64,000 bases of DNA from a virus (Duplodnaviria; Caudoviricetes). Positions 9,925 through 17,975 of this stretch are shown in pieces. Each line of letters starts with the position of its first letter. The stretch's first letter is position 1. The position numbers and the translations under genes were made by a program. Under the pieces are notes generated by a model, which did no database searches, had not been told where the DNA came from, and was given only the letters and a program-made list of their open reading frames with translations. The stretch is from IMG/VR virus record IMGVR_UViG_3300021400_000138, positions 32,001-96,000 of that record. One strand, written 5' to 3'.

Positions 9925-10027
9925 TATTTATTAGATAAAGAGATGGGTCGCACCCATCGGAGTCAAGGGAGCGAAGTTCGCAGATTGGTTAACTTGATAA
10001 GGTGGTAAGTGGGTAAGCCGCCATTAA

Positions 10028-10167
10028 TGGGCGTTCGCCAAGAGGTAAGGCACAGCGCTTGGCAAAATAGTATAAGGTAAATACGCCGTATTAACGGAGA
10101 TATTTGTGCAAGGCAGATTTTTGCTAATGACCGCTGCATTTCATTGGTTCGAATCCAATACGCTCAG
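10028..10167 (+). tRNA. tRNA-Gln(UUG) interrupted by a 67-nt insertion (exons 10028-10060 and 10128-10167)
   Basis: Acceptor TGGGCGT/ACGCTCA; D arm GCC-AAGAGGTAA-GGC; anticodon stem CAGCG/CGCTG with loop CTT|TGAC; T arm ATTGG-TTCGAAT-CCAAT; U1-A72 and G73 fit Gln. Confidence 0.85.
10061..10127 (+). ncRNA. tRNA-like element nested in the tRNA-Gln anticodon loop
   Basis: GGCAAAA/TTTTGCT acceptor; GTAT-AAGGTAA-ATAC D arm; CCGT-ATTA-ACGG short arm; ATTTG-TGCAAGG-CAGAT T arm. Confidence 0.75.
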
Positions 10168-10342
10168 ATCTATAACTCATTTTTGTACCTCCAAATGACC
10201 AGTTTGGCGGATCTGGACAAAACCGCCATTTATAAAGAGGAAGCGAAATTAAAAAATATATGGTTTATTCTTTAGTAATCGAAGAATATGTGAATTGTTA
10301 ATAGGCAAAAAATGCCTGTGAATAATCTAATATGAAAAGAAA

Positions 10343-10900
10343 GTGATTAATTTGGAAGATAGAAATTTTGATGGGTTCGCTATTACAGATAAAGAGACAG
10401 GTGAAATAATCGCCGAAACAGATCCTGGTGATAAAATTAAAATTATCACATCAAAGCAATTGGATTATTTAACCGATCCAGGAAGAGATTTTAATAAAGG
10501 AAAAACATTTGTGAAATTATATGATGAAGTTATCCCGGATTTAGTAGAGCATCTTAGTGGCACAGAATTGAAATATGTTATATCTATGGCACAACATGTT
10601 TCATATAAAGATTGTGTACTTAGAAAGACAAATAATAATTTAAGCGAACCTATTAGTGCAAGTGAATTTTGTAAAATTCATAATTATAATTATGAAACTG
10701 GAAGAAAGATTTTTAACTCTTTAAAGAAAAAAGGAGTAATAGCATATGTAGAAGTTGGTACTGTATTTCCTGATTATATCGGAAGAGTTAATAAAATGTT
10801 TTTAGTTAATCCTTATATCTATTTCAGAGGATCAGATATAAATGATACAGTAAAAACTATTTTTGATGAATCTGGATGGAAAGAAAAACTAAAAAAATAA
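10343..10900 (+). CDS. RepL-like winged-HTH replication/maintenance protein
   Basis: TDKETGEI, FVKLY, LKKKGVI and VNPYIYFRG resemble Firmicute RepL. Confidence 0.55.
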   Translation: MINLEDRNFDGFAITDKETGEIIAETDPGDKIKIITSKQLDYLTDPGRDFNKGKTFVKLYDEVIPDLVEHLSGTELKYVISMAQHVSYKDCVLRKTNNNLSEPISASEFCKIHNYNYETGRKIFNSLKKKGVIAYVEVGTVFPDYIGRVNKMFLVNPYIYFRGSDINDTVKTIFDESGWKEKLKK

Positions 10901-11067
10901 TAAGATAGATATAAGAGAGTACGAATTACATTTTCCTCATTACTACGAGATTTTTAATCAATTAAGGTGGTCAAAAATTTCCCATATAGAGGGGTATAAA
11001 TTTTCCCATTTGGTAAATACACGCACATAAAAGGAAAATAATTCCGTGTTATTTAATTGAGGTAAAT

Positions 11068-11865
11068 ATGAGTAAGAGAGTAATAAGAAGAAATATATTC
11101 GAGTCTAACAGCTCGTCGCAGCATTCAATCTGTGTTACCAAACGAGATGTCCACGTTGATCCAGAGGAATTTGATTATCACAGCGAAAAGTATCCGCACC
11201 CTGATGAATATCTTTATCTCTGGAATGGAAAGTTAGAAGTAAGAGACGTTGATGATGGATATGGTCGTTGGCCTTTTCAGATGTTAACGACATTCAAGGA
11301 TAAACTTCAATACGCTATCTGCGAGTTTCTTGGATACAAGTACTGTGACGATGATGACTATGATGATATCTTAGAAGAATTCAATGATATCTGCCGAGAA
11401 GTTGTTCCTGGATTCGAGAGTCTAAAATTTCATACCCACGATGTAGATATTTATCTCGATGAAAATGGAGATCCTATCCCTAGAAGAGAATTAGAATATG
11501 AAGGATGGGATGAGGAAAATCATAGAGATATTTATTCTTATCTGGACGAAGACGGAAATAAAAAATCGGCGATATTTGACGAGAAGAATTACTACGAAGT
11601 TCCCGCAATCGGAACGATTGATCATCAGAGTGCTGGGTTGCTTACGAATTTCTTGAAGGATAAGGGAATTTCGCTTAAGGAATTTTTGACGAACAAGAAA
11701 TACGTGGTTATTATTTCTGGTGATGAAGAACAAAAATGGGAAGAGTATAAGAGATCGGGTATGATCGATCTTGATTTTATTGTTGAAGAATATGACAGAT
11801 CAGGCGAAGATGTTGAATGGGAACAGTGGAAGGAGGAACACAGAGATGAAGAGAGTGATACGTAA
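11068..11865 (+). CDS. Acidic protein with N-terminal IRRNIFESNSSSQHS motif (paralogue 1)
   Basis: ORF with gaggt RBS; shared N-terminal motif. Confidence 0.75.
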   Translation: MSKRVIRRNIFESNSSSQHSICVTKRDVHVDPEEFDYHSEKYPHPDEYLYLWNGKLEVRDVDDGYGRWPFQMLTTFKDKLQYAICEFLGYKYCDDDDYDDILEEFNDICREVVPGFESLKFHTHDVDIYLDENGDPIPRRELEYEGWDEENHRDIYSYLDEDGNKKSAIFDEKNYYEVPAIGTIDHQSAGLLTNFLKDKGISLKEFLTNKKYVVIISGDEEQKWEEYKRSGMIDLDFIVEEYDRSGEDVEWEQWKEEHRDEESDT

Positions 11866-12304
11866 AGATGTGTGGGAATCCAATTCATCTTCAGTGCATA
11901 GCTTACAGATTTCTTCTGATGGAATGGAACCAAGCAAGCTTCCAGTTGATAAAGATGGATATATAACCGTTAAATACGGCGAATTCGGTAAGGATGGAAC
12001 TGTTTATTCGTCCCAGGAAGACAAATTGTCTTATCTTGTTACTCAATGTTATTATCTTGGTGGATGGGAATATGACATAAATAGAGATAATAATTACCAC
12101 TTCAGAAATATCGAAGACGCAATCATTGATTATACTGGTGCAAAGGGAATTAGAATTGTTGGTGGCGAACCTGATATAGATCATCAAACGGTTAGCCAAA
12201 TGGGTTACGACGGCATGCATCTTATTCAGAATGAATGGGACGAAAAGGAAATTCAGAGTTTTGTTTTCAACAAATATATAAGTTTGTTATGTGATTGTGA
12301 TTGA
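11846..12304 (+). CDS. Acidic protein with N-terminal IRKDVWESNSSSVHS motif (paralogue 2)
   Basis: ATG 11846 after aggagg; shares KLxY and IDHQ with paralogue 1. Confidence 0.75.
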   Translation: MKRVIRKDVWESNSSSVHSLQISSDGMEPSKLPVDKDGYITVKYGEFGKDGTVYSSQEDKLSYLVTQCYYLGGWEYDINRDNNYHFRNIEDAIIDYTGAKGIRIVGGEPDIDHQTVSQMGYDGMHLIQNEWDEKEIQSFVFNKYISLLCDCD

Positions 12305-12312
12305 GGTGAACA

Positions 12313-12741
12313 ATGAAAAAAGTAATTAGAAATGGTGTATTCGAGACAAATTCATCAACTCAGCATACTTGTGTGATTATGACCGAAGAACAGGATGAGA
12401 AATGGGAAGAAGAGAACCTATATTATTACGGAAAGGAATATTGGAATCGTTTTAAAAAACTTCCGGAAGATAAGCAGCCTAAAGCTGGAGGCTTATATAC
12501 AAAAGATGAAGTTTTAGAATTTTATAAACTTATTGGATATGAACCAGATCCAGAGATATATAGTCCAGATGAAGATGATGAAGAAAATGATGTAAATGAT
12601 ATTTTTATAAAAGAGATGGATGATTTTATTAGTTATGAAGACTGGGGTAACAGTGAATATCTCGAATATGATACCAATTACTACACGACTCCTGGCGGCG
12701 AGAAGATAGTAGTTAAATGTAAATATGGATATGATGGTTAA
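12313..12741 (+). CDS. Acidic protein with N-terminal IRNGVFETNSSTQHT motif (paralogue 3)
   Basis: gaggtg RBS; shared motif. Confidence 0.75.
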   Translation: MKKVIRNGVFETNSSTQHTCVIMTEEQDEKWEEENLYYYGKEYWNRFKKLPEDKQPKAGGLYTKDEVLEFYKLIGYEPDPEIYSPDEDDEENDVNDIFIKEMDDFISYEDWGNSEYLEYDTNYYTTPGGEKIVVKCKYGYDG

Positions 12742-12750
12742 GGAGAAGAT

Positions 12751-13650
12751 ATGGCCTGGGGCGTTTATAGAAATGGAAACTCAATTACAAGAATCAATCT
12801 CGAAGACGGTACAAAAATAAGAGAAACAAAAGATGATGAATTTGATCTTGATTTCCCAGAATCAATAGACCTGAATATAGGAACTAAGTGTGATGGCGGA
12901 TGCAGGTTCTGTTACATAAATGCGTCACCAAATGGAATTGATGCAGATCTTTTAAGTGTACCATTCATTAATACTTTGCATCCCTATACTGAATGCGCCA
13001 TCAATGGTAATTCAATTGATCATCCGCAGCTTATACCATTTTTGGAAAAACTGAAATCTAAAAATGTAATTGCCAATATTACAGTAAATCAAATTCATTT
13101 TGAAGCAAAGGAAGATATTATAAAAGATCTCGTTGATAAGGATTTGATAAAGGGAATTGGAATTTCTTTAAGGGATCCTACTTCAGAATTTATTAAACGA
13201 GTAAAGAAATATCCAAACGCAGTGCTACATGTAATTAATGGAATTTTCTCCCCCGAAGATATAGAAGCTACAAGAGATCAGGGGCTAAAGATATTAATTC
13301 TTGGTTATAAAAATCTTGGTCTCGGCGTTAGTTATAAAGAGAAGAATGATTATCTGATTAAGGCGAGACAGAAATATTTATATGATGTTCTTGAAACGCT
13401 GCCGAATCATTACAAGTGCTTGTCGTTTGATAATTTAGCCCTGGAGCAACTTGATGTAAAACGGATTCTTACTCCTGAAGAATGGGATGAGATCTTTATG
13501 GGCGAGGAAGGAACATCATCTATGTTCATTGATCTCGTCACAAAAAAATTCGGAATTAGTTCTCTGGCTTTAGAAGACGAAATGATGCCGATGCTAAATA
13601 ATATTCGAGATATGTTTCAGATTGTGAAAAGTAAAGCGAGGGAAATGTAA
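12751..13650 (+). CDS. Radical SAM protein
   Basis: CDGGCRFCY (CxxxCxxC). Confidence 0.85.
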   Translation: MAWGVYRNGNSITRINLEDGTKIRETKDDEFDLDFPESIDLNIGTKCDGGCRFCYINASPNGIDADLLSVPFINTLHPYTECAINGNSIDHPQLIPFLEKLKSKNVIANITVNQIHFEAKEDIIKDLVDKDLIKGIGISLRDPTSEFIKRVKKYPNAVLHVINGIFSPEDIEATRDQGLKILILGYKNLGLGVSYKEKNDYLIKARQKYLYDVLETLPNHYKCLSFDNLALEQLDVKRILTPEEWDEIFMGEEGTSSMFIDLVTKKFGISSLALEDEMMPMLNNIRDMFQIVKSKAREM

Positions 13651-13651
13651 T

Positions 13652-14059
13652 ATGGGTCTTGATATGTGTTTGCTCAAAAGAAAAAAGTTCCGAGAGAATG
13701 ATGATGCATATAATGCTTTAGCTAGAAAAGCTTCGGAAGAGTTGATGCATTGGGGCAAAGCAAATCAAATTCGGCAGTGGTTTGTAAATCATACGGAACT
13801 TCAGCGTAGTGATAATAATAGATATATTCCTTTAGCGAAAGAAACATTGATTTCACTAAGAGATGATTGCAATAAGGTGTGTGCCAATCATGAACTAGCA
13901 GAAGAATTAATGCCAACTTCATCTGGATACTATTTTGGCGCTGCTGATTATGATGATGTGTATTTTTCTCGATTAGAATATACGGCTGAATGCATAGATG
14001 AAATATTAGAATACGTTGATTTTGAAACAGAAGATATTGACTATTATGAAAGCTGGTAA
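13652..14059 (+). CDS. Conserved phage hypothetical protein (MGLDM...WGKANQI...YYESW)
   Basis: ORF starting immediately after the radical SAM gene. Confidence 0.65.
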   Translation: MGLDMCLLKRKKFRENDDAYNALARKASEELMHWGKANQIRQWFVNHTELQRSDNNRYIPLAKETLISLRDDCNKVCANHELAEELMPTSSGYYFGAADYDDVYFSRLEYTAECIDEILEYVDFETEDIDYYESW

Positions 14060-14094
14060 ATAAACGTTTGGCGGAGTTCGTAAACCGCCAACTT

Positions 14095-14176
14095 GCGGAT
14101 ATGATGGAATAGGAAGACATCGGGAACTTAAAATTCTCGGGCAAAAGCCGTGAGAGTTCGATCCTCTCTATCCGCA
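14095..14176 (+). tRNA. tRNA-Leu(UAA)
   Basis: GCGGATA/TATCCGC acceptor; loop CTTAAAA; long variable arm; GAGAG-TTCGATC-CTCTC. Confidence 0.9.
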
Positions 14177-14182
14177 TTTGTA

Positions 14183-14498
14183 CAGTTGACAAAGTAGAAT
14201 GCTGAAGGCCAAGGTGTTTGAAATGTTATATGTACAAAGGAAACGCGAGTGTACATAGCGATTCCAAAATCTCTGGAAAGATGCTTTAGAAAGAGATTCT
14301 TTTGTTCAACAAATTTTACAACTGAATATTGAATTTATGTTGGATCAGATGCAAAAGAAACTATAAACAGCTGAGAAATATTTGTTACTATGAAACTATG
14401 TATATATTACACACAGAATTGAAAAGACCTATTAACCACCCCGAGTGATTACGTCTTATTGTAGATTCTTTTGACTTCAAATTTGTATCTGATGCCAA
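14183..14498 (+). ncRNA. Unassigned structured RNA(s) between tRNA-Leu and tRNA-Ile
   Basis: No ORF; closing helices cagttg/caactg and ttggatcagatgcaaa/tttgtatctgatgccaa. Confidence 0.45.
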
Positions 14499-14501
14499 TA
14501 T

Positions 14502-14576
14502 CCGCCATTAGCATAGTTGGTATTATGCAGTCGCCTTATAAGCGAAAGATGCCCTGTTCGATCCAGGGATGGCGGA
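14502..14576 (+). tRNA. tRNA-Ile(UAU)
   Basis: CCGCCAT/ATGGCGG acceptor; loop CTTATAA; CCCTG-TTCGATC-CAGGG. Confidence 0.85.
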
Positions 14577-14579
14577 TTT

Positions 14580-14870
14580 GCTAGAAAGAGCAATGATCGT
14601 ATATCAGGTCTAGTCAGTTTGGTGAAACGATATATCCGCTGACCTTTCTAGCACGGGCTTATCCGAATTACTTAATTAGCGATGACGGCAACATAATAGA
14701 GAATTCGGTACGGCAGTTCTAAATCCTGGATAAGCACGGGACCTGGTTGCCAAGGTTAATATAAGAACTTCTGTATACGCATTGAGTATCTGCTGCTTCT
14801 GACGAGGAGTTGGATGTGGTGGGCTACGGAAACCAATCAAAGATGTTTTGCGTAAGGTAGTTGGAAGTAG
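14580..14870 (+). ncRNA. Unassigned multi-domain structured RNA downstream of tRNA-Ile
   Basis: Helices gctagaaag/ctttctagc, gcttatcc/ggataagc and tacgca/tgcgta; no + strand ORF. Confidence 0.45.
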
Positions 14871-14892
14871 CGGGGAAATTTGAGGAACGTAT

Positions 14893-15588
14893 ATGAACAA
14901 GCGAATCAAAAAGAAAAAACGAAATCAGTATCTTACTGGTACTGCAAAAGAAAGAAAATATAATCAATGGCTTTGCAAGAGATATCCCTTTCTCATTCCA
15001 AGATATGTGTGGACAGATAAGATGTCTTGGACTAGAGAAAAATACTACGCAAAAGTCCATGGCCATAAAGAATATGATCAGTTCAAGAGATTTTCTTATA
15101 CACTCGCCGAGGATTTTATGCCAGGTTGGTGGAAAACATTTGGATTGCTGCTTTGCGAAGAGTTACGAGAAGATCTGATTAAGTGTAAATATCTATATAA
15201 GTTTCGGTTTGTTCAAATAAAAGAGAAATACGGATCCGCGAGAATGTATTGCAACGGCGCTCCAGTAGAATCCAATGCGTTTGAAATTATTGATAAATAT
15301 GAATATATTTCAAATTATGTGTGCCAGTACTGTGGGAAGCCCGATGTTGCTCAAATAAATGACGGTTGGGTAATGACAATCTGTGAGGATTGCTACAATA
15401 AGATGAATCGCAGGAGAAAAAAGTATTTTAATCCTGTTCCATATGCGGAATTACTTGATGAAGACGAAGATTATACAATTCCAAATAAGCGAATAGTAAA
15501 AAGATACTCAAAGGAAGGAGATGAAATAATCGAGTACGACATTTCCGAAACTGTAAACGCCATCAGAAACAATTGGAGGGAGAGATGA
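14893..15588 (+). CDS. Phage hypothetical protein (QIKEKYG motif, Zn finger)
   Basis: CQYCG...ICEDC. Confidence 0.65.
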   Translation: MNKRIKKKKRNQYLTGTAKERKYNQWLCKRYPFLIPRYVWTDKMSWTREKYYAKVHGHKEYDQFKRFSYTLAEDFMPGWWKTFGLLLCEELREDLIKCKYLYKFRFVQIKEKYGSARMYCNGAPVESNAFEIIDKYEYISNYVCQYCGKPDVAQINDGWVMTICEDCYNKMNRRRKKYFNPVPYAELLDEDEDYTIPNKRIVKRYSKEGDEIIEYDISETVNAIRNNWRER

Positions 15589-16075
15589 TTTTGATGCGTT
15601 GTCCAAGCTGCTCCAGAATGATAACTTCAAAGAATAGTTATTCGTTACGAGGGCAGACAATTGTATTTACTTGTAAATGCGGTTTTCAGAGACAGTATTT
15701 ATCAGGGAGGAGGTATGAATATGGGAAAAGTAAGGGAATTCTTAAACAGGCATAACGTTCGAGTATATAGATGCGAAAGATGTGGAATTGTTGAAGCACC
15801 TTTTTTATATGGATCGAGTATCTGGGACTATGGTTGGCAAAAAGAAAATGGAAAGTTGTTTTGCAATAAGTGTATTCGACACCCTGGAATTTTAGATCCT
15901 CAATGCATTCAACGGCACAATAAATTTTTGCGGATGAAAGTGGCGAACAGTGGACATGTATGGTTTGCAAATCATGCAGATTTTGGCATTGTATGAACAA
16001 TTTGTGAAGTATACTTGAAAATATAAAGAGAATAATATAAAATATATACATAAATAATAAAGAAGGAGTAGAATA

Positions 16076-16453
16076 ATGGCTAAACCGAATAAAGCTCATC
16101 ATGATCGTTGCGTAAAATATAAAAATCGTGGACAGAGAGAGATTAACAAAAAGGTCAAGCAGGAACGTGACGCAAAACGGAGAGCTAAGTTTGCTGCTCG
16201 TAGAGAAGCTGGTAAATGTTATAAATACGAACCACTTCCGAAAGAACCCGAAAACAAGAATTCTCGCTCCTGGTATGAATGGTACGGAATGAAGAGAGAA
16301 AGAGAATTGAAAGCGGATCCTTACAGAACAAAAACCGAATATCAGAAATGGACGAGTATTATGCGGAAGGTTCAGAACGAGATTGATGAAGAGGTTCGTC
16401 TTATGAAGAAAGAGGAGGCTAAAATATCGACCAAGAATGATAAGAAAAAATAA
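16076..16453 (+). CDS. Basic hypothetical protein
   Basis: aaggag RBS; Lys/Arg-rich. Confidence 0.65.
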   Translation: MAKPNKAHHDRCVKYKNRGQREINKKVKQERDAKRRAKFAARREAGKCYKYEPLPKEPENKNSRSWYEWYGMKRERELKADPYRTKTEYQKWTSIMRKVQNEIDEEVRLMKKEEAKISTKNDKKK

Positions 16454-16507
16454 CTGGCAATGTGATTTATCCCCTGATCGCTTGGCGGTTGGAAAGGGGG
16501 AGATCGT

Positions 16508-16693
16508 GTGGAATGTGGTAGATGTAAATGCACATTCAGATATAAAGAAGAAGACATAAAATTTGATGAAAATGGATATGGATATAGTACAAAGTATGTA
16601 TTATGTCCAAGATGTAAATCTGTTTGTGTTATAGATTATATAGAAGATGAATGTTTGAATGTTAATGAAGATGAAAAATATTATGAGTATTAA
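16508..16693 (+). CDS. Small zinc-ribbon protein
   Basis: CGRC...CPRC. Confidence 0.55.
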   Translation: MECGRCKCTFRYKEEDIKFDENGYGYSTKYVLCPRCKSVCVIDYIEDECLNVNEDEKYYEY

Positions 16694-16705
16694 TGAGATA
16701 AATTG

Positions 16706-17968
16706 ATGAATTATACGGAGGATTTTTTCAAAACATAGATTGACGATCTCCGATTTGAAATTGGAGATCATATAGATAATAAATTTCTTCATGCTACAAT
16801 TATAAACGTAAAAGCAAACGGTGACAAAATTGGATATACTTGTAGATGTGATAAATGCGGTCATGAATTTCATAGACCACAAGGACAAGTATTAAATGGG
16901 GTTGGCTGCGGAGCATGTTCGGGGCGAACATTAGTTAAGGGCATAAATGATATCCCAACAACAAATCCATGGATGGTTAAATATTTTCCTGGTGGTGAAG
17001 AAGAAGCGTCTAATTATACTGCAAATACAAATAGCAAATCATTTATTCCTATATGTCCATTTTGTGGAAGATTAGGAGATAAGCCTACAACGCCAAACAA
17101 AATATATCATTTACATGGAATTAGTTGTATATGCAAAGACGGAATATCAATTCCAAACAAAATGATAAGAGGATTAATGGAACAAGCATTAAAACTAGGA
17201 ATAATATCTTCTTATGAAAAAGAGTATAAAGAATTTGATGAAAATGGAATTATAAGACGTTTTGATATAAAATTCTTTGACTTATACAATAATCCTTATT
17301 TCATTGAAATGGATGGGGGAAGACATGGTTACATTATAAGGAAGCATAGTAATAAAGCATTTACTCCTCTTCCAGCAAAAATGTTCTATTCGGATTTGAT
17401 GAAAGACAATATAGCTGCCGAGTTAATGATTCCTTTAATTCGAGTAGATTGTTTTAAGTCAGATACTGATTATATTATGAATGAACTATATAAGTCAGAA
17501 TTATCTGCAATAATTAATCTAGATAAGATTGACTGGATTAAATTAGAAGAAATATGTTTTAATAGTTTGATGACCGATGTATGTAATTATAGAAATGAAA
17601 ATCCGGAATTATTTTCTTCAGAAGTTGCAGAGATTTTTGGCATATCTCCTGATTCCGTAAAAGATTATTGGAAAAAGGGAACTAAATTAGGATTATGCGA
17701 ATATAATCCAGAAAAGGAATTTAACAGAAGAAACTCATTAAAAAGAAATTGGCATAATAGTATAAAATTATATGTTGAAAATCTGAACGATGGCAAAAGT
17801 TGGACTTTTGATAGTATGAGCGAATTTTGCAGAGACTCTTCTCAATATCTTGATGGAGATAAGCTATCAAGACATATGTTAGAAAAAAGATTTAATAAAG
17901 TAGCGAACGATTATTTTATATATGATAGTGGATTGCATGAATATTTAATTTGGAAATATAAGGAGTGA
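16706..17968 (+). pseudogene. Zn-ribbon plus Vsr/DUF559-like endonuclease (homing-endonuclease-like), with in-frame TAG at 16736
   Basis: Frame open from 16739 (CDKCGH, CGACSG, KGINDIPTTNPWM) to 17968; RRFDIKF and IEMDGGRH nuclease motifs; upstream ATG 16706 separated by an amber codon. Confidence 0.55.
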
Positions 17969-17975
17969 TATTAAT

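Noticed and set aside
10061-10127. Group I or archaeal BHB intron in tRNA-Gln
   Set aside because: Far too short for a group I core, no terminal G and no evident BHB motif; the cloverleaf explains nearly all bases
10167-10225. HDV-like (theta) ribozyme directly 3' of tRNA-Gln
   Set aside because: P1- and P2-like pairings can be drawn, but there is no proper P3/L3 and no catalytic C in a J4/2 strand
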